A stretch of DNA of 64,000 nucleotides, from positions 480,001 to 544,000 of the forward strand of contig OZ223236.1 in NCBI GenBank assembly GCA_965140445.1, read 5' to 3'. The notes under the pieces were generated by a model, which searched no databases, was not told the DNA's origin, and saw nothing but the letters and a program-made list of their open reading frames with translations. Shown here piece by piece: positions 1-7,697 of the stretch. Origin of the DNA: Candidatus Ozemobacteraceae bacterium (GTDB lineage: Bacteria; Muiribacteriota; Ozemobacteria; Ozemobacterales; Ozemobacteraceae). A program made the position numbers and the translations under genes. How positions within the stretch are numbered: position 1 is the stretch's first letter; every line of letters starts with the position of its first letter.

Positions 1-1848
1 TCTTCTTTTGGTATCAGGCTCTCTACCATCTCTCAAACCTTTTTCGATAGCTTGTTTTGCCGGGGTTAAATCATTTCTTTCAAAAGCATACAATGCTTTA
101 TATAGATTGGCACGCCCGGAAAAAGGATTTTTAGCCAAAACGTCATCTAATGCTTTTACGCCAAACCCTGCAGCAAGAGCTGAAGCTTCGAGTTCACCTG
201 AATTGGCAAGGCTTGATGCAATACCAAGATAAGTTCTTCCAACTTCAGCAACATCCCTGGATTTAAGATAAAATTTTAATGCAGTAAAAAATGATCCTCT
301 TTTCAAAGCATCATCGCCGAGCAGCTTAAAGCTTTCCACAGGTGCGTGAGCCGCTCCTGGCAAAGCAAGAATTTGAGCAAAATCAACCTCTTTAGAACCC
401 AATTGGTTATGTGCATATTCTCCGTCGGCAATTATTTTTTTACACACAGTTGCAAAACCAGCATCTTTTATCTGTGGTAAAAGCTGCTTTATTCTTTCAA
501 TTCCCACATCAATTTTGCCTTGTGAATAATCAACCAGGGCCAATAAAACAGAAAATCTGGCATCATTTGGATTAAGTTTTTTTGCATATGAAGCAAATCT
601 TTTAGCGTAATCGGGTCTGAATTTTGCTGTTAGATAAAACCTGCCTAGATTGAAGTAAGCTTCAGCATTTTCAGGATGATTTCTAGCAAGCATATTCAAG
701 GTTTTCTCGGCATTGTCAAAGTCCAGATTTTGAATCTGAGCTTCAGCAAGAATACTGTTAACAAGCAGATCATCTGGATATGCTAAAGCAACTTCACTAA
801 AAATCTCAGAAGCCACAGCAAAATGCCCGGCACCCATAGCGACGCCTCCAGCTAACCTTGAAAGCTCAACTTTGTCAGTAAGCATGGTTGCCTTGTTGTA
901 TATATCCAAAAATGAATTGTAGGATTGTTTTGAAAGTATTGATTTGAGCTTGAACAAATGCTTTCCAAAGCTATCAAAATCTCTTTGATAGACAAGAGCT
1001 AAACTCTTTAAGATTTGAATCTCCAGCATTCTTCGTGGGTTTTTTAAGTCAGCACCAATTTTTTCTGCAATATTTAAATGCTTTTTGGCCAACTCGACAT
1101 CGCCTTTTTCAAGACAAAATCTAGCATACTCAAGATTAACGCCAAAAGAGCTTCCAGTTCTCTGCAAAAACTGTGAAGCATCCCAACTTTTAACAGCTAC
1201 AGCTTCGGGCATCCTACTCATACAAACATCCAAACTGGAGTTAGATGATGTATTTTTTTTGCTGATCTGCTGACCGCTTTCTGCCTTGAATGGTTTAACC
1301 TCTTGAACCTTATTATTCATTGGAATAGGTTCAAAACCTGCTGGTATAACTTCAGGACCCTGGTCTAATGTTGGCTGTTCCTTTTGATTTGTAATTTTAG
1401 CTTGTGTTTGCGGGTTTACGGTACTTTGGGTGCATTGGTTTAAAAGCTCTGCAGCTCGTTTTTGGCCCGGCTGGATTTTTAGAATCCAACTAAGGTGCGC
1501 TTGTGCTTCTTTTGTACGACCTAGTTTAACAAGGTTTTCAGACAAAAATACTCTTGCTGAAATATTGTTGGGAGAAGTCTGTAAAATAGCCTGAAACTGA
1601 CTGTAGCTTTCTGCATAATTTCCCAGTGAAAATAAGGACTGCCCAAGTCGGTATCTTGAGCTCACTTTTTCTGGGGCTAATTTGACCGCTTCAGCAAAAG
1701 AATCAACAGCTAATTTGTAATTTTTTTTAGCAAAAGCTGCTTCTCCAGCCTGATAATTGGTCTTGAAATCTGTGGTTAGTGATGCAAAAGCCATATTCCC
1801 AGTAAGAATAGCGGCAAGTGCAATAGTGGCGATGGATTTGTTTTTCAA
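1..1848 (-). CDS. Secreted TPR-repeat protein (partial, runs off left edge; not in ORF track)
   Basis: Manual translation from TTG at 1848 with GGAGGG RBS at 1855-1860: MKNKSIATIALAAILTGNMAFA signal peptide, then TPR-like repeats (YQAGEAAFAKKNYKLAVDSFAEAVKLAP..RYRLGQSLFSLGNY). The same frame reads as protein at the left edge. Confidence 0.85.
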   Translation of the reverse strand, partial: MKNKSIATIALAAILTGNMAFASLTTDFKTNYQAGEAAFAKKNYKLAVDSFAEAVKLAPEKVSSRYRLGQSLFSLGNYAESYSQFQAILQTSPNNISARVFLSENLVKLGRTKEAQAHLSWILKIQPGQKRAAELLNQCTQSTVNPQTQAKITNQKEQPTLDQGPEVIPAGFEPIPMNNKVQEVKPFKAESGQQISKKNTSSNSSLDVCMSRMPEAVAVKSWDASQFLQRTGSSFGVNLEYARFCLEKGDVELAKKHLNIAEKIGADLKNPRRMLEIQILKSLALVYQRDFDSFGKHLFKLKSILSKQSYNSFLDIYNKATMLTDKVELSRLAGGVAMGAGHFAVASEIFSEVALAYPDDLLVNSILAEAQIQNLDFDNAEKTLNMLARNHPENAEAYFNLGRFYLTAKFRPDYAKRFASYAKKLNPNDARFSVLLALVDYSQGKIDVGIERIKQLLPQIKDAGFATVCKKIIADGEYAHNQLGSKEVDFAQILALPGAAHAPVESFKLLGDDALKRGSFFTALKFYLKSRDVAEVGRTYLGIASSLANSGELEASALAAGFGVKALDDVLAKNPFSGRANLYKALYAFERNDLTPAKQAIEKGLRDGREPDTKRR

Positions 1849-1885
1849 GATTCTCCCTCCATGAAGAATATTGTATATAATTAAG

Positions 1886-1913
1886 GTATCGACTATAAAA
1901 ATTGAGAGGATTA
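1886..1913 (-). promoter_or_regulatory. Putative sigma-28 (FliA/SigD) promoter for TPR gene
   Basis: TAAT-N16-GTCGATAC on the minus strand versus consensus TAAA-N15/16-GCCGATAW. Confidence 0.5.
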
Positions 1914-1936
1914 GAAGTTTTTTTTTAAAAAAGGTC

Positions 1937-1964
1937 TAAAGTTTTTAAACAAAAGAGACGATAC
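1937..1964 (+). promoter_or_regulatory. Putative sigma-28 promoter for flgM-like gene
   Basis: TAAAGTTT...GACGATAC, i.e. TAAA-N16-GACGATAC, directly upstream of an FlgM-like ORF. Confidence 0.65.
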
Positions 1965-2024
1965 TAAAAGTGAGATTAGGGAAAATTTGCCTTGTTAACA
2001 TGGACGTTAAAAGGGAGAAAAATT

Positions 2025-2510
2025 ATGGTTGATTCCATTCAAGGACCTGGTAAAAGAATAATTATTACCACCAAGCCAAAAGCAAAAGAGAAAACAGAAA
2101 AAAAAGACGGCTCTTTTGATAAGGCTCTAAAAGATAAGACTATTGTTGACAAGCATGAAGGCTCAACCTTCACGCTAAATCGTGCTGAGAATAATTTAAA
2201 GCTTATTCAGCAGCAACAACTTTCCAGAATGCAAAAGCTTCAGGAAATAACTAAACAAGTTCAGGATGGCACCTACAAAATGGTAGAGCCTGAAGTCCTG
2301 GCGGAACGCTTGTATTCTGTAATGACAGACAAGAAAACCCGTGAAAAGTTCATCAAAAAAATGCTTAAAGAAGAGGCAGAAAATATTCCCAGCAAGGAAA
2401 ACAATCTTTCTGAGCTTGAGCTAAAAAAGCTTGTTTTTCTTATTAAAGAATCTCAAGATGAGCCATTTGACGATCCTGAACTGGAAAAGCTTATTCAAGA
2501 ACTTTCTTAA
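2025..2510 (+). CDS. FlgM-like anti-sigma-28 factor with C-terminal extension
   Basis: RMQKLQEITKQVQDGTYKMVEPEVLAERL resembles the FlgM sigma-binding motif (R..K...LK..I..GTY.VD...IA..L); ATG 2025 with GGGAG RBS. Confidence 0.6.
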   Translation: MVDSIQGPGKRIIITTKPKAKEKTEKKDGSFDKALKDKTIVDKHEGSTFTLNRAENNLKLIQQQQLSRMQKLQEITKQVQDGTYKMVEPEVLAERLYSVMTDKKTREKFIKKMLKEEAENIPSKENNLSELELKKLVFLIKESQDEPFDDPELEKLIQELS

Positions 2511-2524
2511 ACAAAGTCGATATC

Positions 2525-4189
2525 TTACTCAGAAGTTGCTAACAGCGTCCTGATTGGTGTTATATACTGGTCAGGATAGCCTTCAACTTCATCTACAACA
2601 TTTAATAATTTGTTGCCAGATTGCCCAGCCAATTCAAATAACTCCTGCCCACTAAGTTGATAAACTTTGCTGGTTGTATTTTGGATATAAAACTCTCTTT
2701 TGTAGTATTTTTTATTCAGATAAACCAGGGAAACCTCATTATTGGTAGATCTATCAGGAGAAATCTTATAAATCTTTTCATAAAATGATTGCGATAAGAT
2801 TAAACGTCCTGTTACTGATTTTAAAATCTTCTCTGTCGGTTCCAGCACCAATTTTTCGTCTGGACTTTCCAGAAAACTGCTTTTTTCATTTTCATCAAAC
2901 CTTACAGCCTCAAAAACCAATTCTGAAGTAAGAGCTTTTTCGTCAACTTTACTGGGTACACAAGTAGAGCAAGAATAAAATAGATTCCCATCTTTATCAA
3001 ATTTTATAGCAGAAACTTCATTCTGAACATAAATCTGCTTTACCAGTTCTGCTTTTACTTTGTCATTTACCTCTAAAACCAATTTGAAAAAATATATACA
3101 AGAATCACTCTTTGAATAAACACTTACAAATAATGCTTCTTCAAACTGGGGTTTAAAAAAATCAACCAGGTCACAGCTAACGAACAAATCATCAAATTTC
3201 GAATTACTCCCTAACCATGAGTTAATTACATCACGACCTAACACTAAAGCCCCTACTTTTCCGCTAGAAAGACCTGCTAAAACAATAAATCTTTTGTCCG
3301 AACTTAAAGACTCTATCAAGGGCCTATCCTCAATGACTTTGCCATCCCTGAAAAGCTTACCAGATAGTCTGTCGCTCCAAATATAGGTATAGTTTTGCCA
3401 TCCAATCTTTCCACCCATATTAATCTGAGAGCTGGTCCAGTTTTCGTTTTCGGTTAAAATAATGGATGTTGATGTGGCAATATCAAGCAACTCTAAACCA
3501 CCAGAGACCATAGATCTTTTAAGCCTTTTATGGTAAAACTCCCCTATTTTTCTGGAAAAAGCTAAACCTGGCTGCTGCCCTCTCCAAAAGTTTTCGACGC
3601 ACTCATACTCTGCAAATTCTACTTCATCTTTGCATATCATATAACTTTCACCGCGCTTTTCCCATGTTTGGTACCAACTACCATTGGGAACCCTGTAAAA
3701 ACTTCGATTTTCAAAAATTTTTTCGGGAAGCAATATGGAAGGCGCAGAAAAACTAGCAACAATCTCCCCTGGACCCATACTATAGGGGGCACCTAATGGT
3801 CTAAAAATACCTTTATAGAGTTCTTCTGCAGAAAACTTATCTCTTGAATCGAAATGGGTTTTCATTAAATCCAGCCCCTTGTCAGAATCATCAGCATTTC
3901 CATCAAAGGTTTGTCGATAAAGCCTCTTTGCGATCGGTGAATAATCTCTAACTTTTTTGGCAGAACAAAATCTAAAATTCTGATACTCATCAACAAAAAA
4001 AGATTGCGCCGGATCAGCATCTGAAAAATAGCCAACAGGGTTATTGAATTCATCAGAAGTTAAAACCCGGTAAATACTCGAACCATTTTCATAGTTCAAC
4101 ATTAGATAGAGATTGTCTCCAAAAGCACAAAAAGCTTTGCAGAAAACAAAAACTCCAATAAGAAAACCCATTGTTTTTAAACTTCTCAT
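2525..4189 (-). CDS. Hypothetical exported protein
   Basis: Long ORF; likely start MRSLKTMGFLIGVFVFCKAFCAF (signal-peptide-like); no recognisable family. Confidence 0.7.
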   Translation of the reverse strand: MRSLKTMGFLIGVFVFCKAFCAFGDNLYLMLNYENGSSIYRVLTSDEFNNPVGYFSDADPAQSFFVDEYQNFRFCSAKKVRDYSPIAKRLYRQTFDGNADDSDKGLDLMKTHFDSRDKFSAEELYKGIFRPLGAPYSMGPGEIVASFSAPSILLPEKIFENRSFYRVPNGSWYQTWEKRGESYMICKDEVEFAEYECVENFWRGQQPGLAFSRKIGEFYHKRLKRSMVSGGLELLDIATSTSIILTENENWTSSQINMGGKIGWQNYTYIWSDRLSGKLFRDGKVIEDRPLIESLSSDKRFIVLAGLSSGKVGALVLGRDVINSWLGSNSKFDDLFVSCDLVDFFKPQFEEALFVSVYSKSDSCIYFFKLVLEVNDKVKAELVKQIYVQNEVSAIKFDKDGNLFYSCSTCVPSKVDEKALTSELVFEAVRFDENEKSSFLESPDEKLVLEPTEKILKSVTGRLILSQSFYEKIYKISPDRSTNNEVSLVYLNKKYYKREFYIQNTTSKVYQLSGQELFELAGQSGNKLLNVVDEVEGYPDQYITPIRTLLATSE

Positions 4190-4311
4190 TGATCCATTAT
4201 ATTCCTTTTTTTTTCCATCCTCATATTTTTTTGTTTTTATCATAAAAAAGAAAACCATTGTTGCCGAACTTAGCTGTAGAAGTGTTAACAAGCTTTTCCC
4301 TCATCTCAAAT

Positions 4312-4364
4312 AGGTTTACATAAATTAGTGTACACCGTTTTATGTAAACCTGTGTACACTAATT
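4312..4364. repeat. Two interleaved perfect 13-bp inverted repeats (A-B-A'-B')
   Basis: AGGTTTACATAAA 4312-4324 / TTTATGTAAACCT 4339-4351; AATTAGTGTACAC 4323-4335 / GTGTACACTAATT 4352-4364. Confidence 0.9.
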
Positions 4365-4488
4365 AAAATTCTGTACACAGTTCTTGACAACTCGAAATTT
4401 TTAATAAGGCAAATTATTTTTTCAAAAATATTTCCATTCCTTGCAAAAGCTTTCAAATAGTCTTTGTCAAGAGGGTAGGTTATTTTCT

Positions 4489-4548
4489 TTTTCCACATCA
4501 TTGAAACGCTTATAATGCTTATCCCCAAAGTTTTCCACATTTTCCACC
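4489..4548 (+). promoter_or_regulatory. DnaA-box cluster outside oriC
   Basis: TTTTCCACA 4489, TTATCCCCA 4519, TTTTCCACA 4531, TTTTCCACC 4540 versus TTWTNCACA. Confidence 0.6.
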
Positions 4549-4695
4549 TTTTTTTATTGTACAGAAAAAAGGTTGTCGTTTTTTTATCTTTTTTCTTTAT
4601 TCAAGGGGGTTTTGATCCTTGATAAACAAGGGTTTTATTTGTTTATTCTGTAGGGTTAATACAAAAACTTTTTTTAAATATCAGTTTTTTGATAA

Positions 4696-6399
4696 TTACT
4701 TATCGATTTTAACGATTTCCCCACCAAAAACTTCAACTGCATCTGCAATAGATGGCTTTGCCAACAATTTTTGCCGAACTTCTTCATCAATTCTGGCTAT
4801 TTCTTCTTGATGAGACACTATTCTTTTTGGGGAATCATTCAGACTGTTTTTTTTTTCGTTAGTCGGATTAACAACCACTACAGAGTTAATTTCACCAAAC
4901 ACTTCCTTGGCAACAGCAAGAAGCAATGCATAATTCTTTTCTTCTTTGAGTCTTTTAACGGCAAAATCCTGAGATAATGCCAGTTTTAGGCAACCGTCCT
5001 CAATACCAACCATTTTTGCGCTTACTAACAATGCAGAACAAATTTTCGATCTTGATCCCAGGGCATTTTTAAACCTTGAAAATGGATCATTCGAAGGAAC
5101 CTCTTCGGGAATAAAAGCAGGAGGTGGAGCCTCTTCTGCAAAAGAAGAAATTCTGGGACTAACATGTTTGGTGGCTGCTGGCCTATTACCTTTTCTGGCT
5201 AGTTGTGAAATTTTAACCTCAAGCTCGCAAATCCTTTTTTCCAAGGCCTCTACTTCGAAGAATTTTTCACCTTGAGCTAATTTTACAAGTTCGGTTTCCA
5301 ATAAAATCTTGGAATGAAAAGAACTTTTTAGCCGCATCAGAACAGATTCTAGTCTTGTTACCGAATGAATTAAATGCTCAAGCTTAACAGATTGAATCTG
5401 CTGCAAAATATCGGCAACCTGTTCGTCAGGAATTGTAAGAACTCTATCTATTTTAGGGTCAATCTTGAGGACCATGCATCTTCTGAAATACTCCAGCAAG
5501 TCTTTGCCAATAGTTCCAGGTTCATAGCCCTTTGAAAAAAGGTTTCCCAAATCTTTAATTAAATTTGCCAGTTCGTTTTTAAAAACACTTTGAGCAATTC
5601 TGAACATTGCTGAATGACCTAGCCTTCTGGTCATCTCTAAAACAAATTCTGTTTCAATTTTCTCCCCGGTTGAGGAAGAAGAAATTTGATCTAACAGACT
5701 TAAAGCATCCCTAAAACCACCCTGAGCGCTTTCTGCTATTGCTGAAAGAGCCTCAGATTCAAAATCAGGAAAACTTCCGTCACCACTTTCTTTTTCCATT
5801 TTTATAATTTCTTCCAGGCGTTTTTTGATTACAACGCTAGAAACAGAATGAAAATCAAAACACTGACATCTCGAAATAATGGTAGCCGGAACCTTTTGTG
5901 GATCTGTTGTAGCCAGGATAAATAAAATATTTTCCGGCGGTTCCTCAAGAGTTTTAAGAAAAGCATTAAAAGCAGATCCAGAAAGCATATGAACTTCGTC
6001 AATAATATAAACCTTATACTTTCCTTCAACAGGCTTATACTTAACTTTTTCTCTCATCTGCCTGATATCTTCAACGCCATTGTTGCTGGCGGCGTCAATT
6101 TCGATGATATCCATAAAATTGAGTTCTTCAATTCTCTGGCAGTTATCACATTTGCCACAAGCATCAAGAAGCCCTTCATCTATTTTTACAGGCGCAACAC
6201 AATTTAAGATCTTGGCTAATAGCCTGGCAGCTGAAGTTTTACCAGTACCGCGTGGCCCTGAAAACATGTAAGCATGGGATATACGACCAGTTGCAACAGC
6301 CGCCTGCAGAGTTTTTACAATGTGCTTCTGTCCAGAAAGATCAGCAAAAGTCTGTGGTCGATACTTTCGATACAGATTTTGCCTGGCTGGTAAACTCAT
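4696..6399 (-). CDS. dnaX: DNA polymerase III subunit gamma/tau
   Basis: LYRKYRPQTF, GPRGTGKT Walker A, EIDAASN, IIDEVHML, SRC motif. Confidence 0.98.
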   Translation of the reverse strand: MSLPARQNLYRKYRPQTFADLSGQKHIVKTLQAAVATGRISHAYMFSGPRGTGKTSAARLLAKILNCVAPVKIDEGLLDACGKCDNCQRIEELNFMDIIEIDAASNNGVEDIRQMREKVKYKPVEGKYKVYIIDEVHMLSGSAFNAFLKTLEEPPENILFILATTDPQKVPATIISRCQCFDFHSVSSVVIKKRLEEIIKMEKESGDGSFPDFESEALSAIAESAQGGFRDALSLLDQISSSSTGEKIETEFVLEMTRRLGHSAMFRIAQSVFKNELANLIKDLGNLFSKGYEPGTIGKDLLEYFRRCMVLKIDPKIDRVLTIPDEQVADILQQIQSVKLEHLIHSVTRLESVLMRLKSSFHSKILLETELVKLAQGEKFFEVEALEKRICELEVKISQLARKGNRPAATKHVSPRISSFAEEAPPPAFIPEEVPSNDPFSRFKNALGSRSKICSALLVSAKMVGIEDGCLKLALSQDFAVKRLKEEKNYALLLAVAKEVFGEINSVVVVNPTNEKKNSLNDSPKRIVSHQEEIARIDEEVRQKLLAKPSIADAVEVFGGEIVKIDK

Positions 6400-6473
6400 T
6401 AAAAAAGAACTCCAGATGAAATTTCGGATTACTATTTGTAACCCTTTTTGAGAATAAAATCAAATTGGACTAA

Positions 6474-6500
6474 AACAAAAAAAACCCAGATTAGTGGGTT
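6474..6500 (-). terminator. Intrinsic terminator of tRNA-SRP operon
   Basis: Minus strand AACCCA-ctaatc-TGGGTT followed by a T run. Confidence 0.65.
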
Positions 6501-6505
6501 ATAAG

Positions 6506-6774
<269 letters not shown>

Positions 6775-6776
6775 AA

Positions 6777-6864
6777 CGGAAAGGGCGGGATTCGAACCCG
6801 CGGTGGAGTTGCCCCCACGCACGCTTTCCAAGCGTGTGCCTTCGACCAACTCAGCCACCTTTCC
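6777..6864 (-). tRNA. tRNA-Ser(GGA)
   Basis: GGAAAGG..CACGC-TT-GGA-AA-GCGTG, long variable arm, GTTCGAATC; no encoded CCA. Confidence 0.97.
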
Positions 6865-6911
6865 AATAAAAGTGGAAATTCTACGGGAGGAAGCCCTCTC
6901 ATAAAATTAAT

Positions 6912-6986
6912 CGCGCCCGAGAGGACTCGAACCTCTGGCCCCCAGATCCGCAATCTGGTGCTCTATCCAAACTGAGCTACGGGCGC
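6912..6986 (-). tRNA. tRNA-Arg(GCG)
   Basis: GCGCCCG..CCAGA-TT-GCG-GA-TCTGG..GTTCGAGTC..CGGGCGC-G; no encoded CCA. Confidence 0.95.
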
Positions 6987-6994
6987 ATTTGCCT

Positions 6995-7083
6995 CGGAGA
7001 GAGGGGGATTCGAACCCCCGGTACCAGTTACCCAGTACGACAGTTTAGCAAACTGTTGGTTTAAGCCACTCACCCATCTCTCC
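6995..7083 (-). tRNA. tRNA-Ser(GCT)
   Basis: GGAGAGA..ACAGT-TT-GCT-AA-ACTGT, long variable arm, GTTCGAATC. Confidence 0.97.
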
Positions 7084-7091
7084 AAGATCGG

Positions 7092-7174
7092 CGGAGGAAG
7101 TAGGATTCGAACCCACGGATCTTTCGATCAACGGTTTTCAAGACCGCCGCTTTCGACCACTCAGCCATTCCTCC
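7092..7174 (-). tRNA. tRNA-Ser(TGA)
   Basis: GGAGGAA..GCGGT-CT-TGA-AA-ACCGT, long variable arm, GTTCGAATC. Confidence 0.97.
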
Positions 7175-7186
7175 AGTGTGTTGTCT

Positions 7187-7215
7187 AAAATATCATATGT
7201 ACAAGAGAAAATCAA
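7187..7215 (-). promoter_or_regulatory. Sigma-70 promoter of tRNA-SRP operon
   Basis: TTGATT-N17-TATTTT with TG extension, 12 nt before the first tRNA. Confidence 0.6.
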
Positions 7216-7253
7216 CAATTTATGCAAAAACAATGGAAATTTTTTGTAATTTT

Positions 7254-7610
7254 TTAGTTCAAAGGCTTTGGGTCTGAAGCAATCGCAGATTGATTCTGCT
7301 TTTTATCATTAATAGTGTAAATAACCAGTTCTTCAGGTTTAACCAATCCCAGCCTTTCTCTTGCTAGTCTCTCTATGCCTTCAGGTGTGGAAAGCATTTC
7401 TAAATTCTGTTTTAAATTTCTATTTTCACGTTCAAGTGATTCAATTTTTTCTTTAAGTTCAGCTTCTCTTTGAAGAAGATTCCTTATGTTGTTATATCTA
7501 ACCAGATATGTAACTGAAAGTGCGATGCAAAAAACCACAGAGAGGATAAACATAATTTCTGTGGAGAATCTGACTCTTTTTCTTTTGGTTGTTTTCTTTT
7601 CTTCAGTCAT
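7254..7610 (-). CDS. ftsB: Septum formation initiator (FtsB/DivIC family)
   Basis: One TM helix, coiled coil, IERLARERLGLVKPEE motif. Confidence 0.85.
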   Translation of the reverse strand: MTEEKKTTKRKRVRFSTEIMFILSVVFCIALSVTYLVRYNNIRNLLQREAELKEKIESLERENRNLKQNLEMLSTPEGIERLARERLGLVKPEELVIYTINDKKQNQSAIASDPKPLN

Positions 7611-7654
7611 TTTTTTGCTCTTACGCGTAAATTAATGGAGAATTCAAGCTAATA

Positions 7655-7691
7655 AATAAAAAGCCAGGCAGCTCTTTTAAAGCTGCCTGGC
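7655..7691 (-). terminator. Intrinsic terminator after gyrA
   Basis: GCCAGGCAGCT-loop-AGCTGCCTGGC, 11-bp stem, T-rich tail on the minus strand. Confidence 0.85.
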
Positions 7692-7697
7692 AATTCA

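Noticed and set aside
4312..4380. Repeats as parS sites or transposon ends
   Set aside because: They do not match TGTTTCACGTGAAACA, and there is no transposase, integrase or target duplication nearby.
4617..4632. CCTTG-ATAAA-CAAGG palindrome downstream of dnaX
   Set aside because: It is short and could be a weak terminator or chance; no further support.
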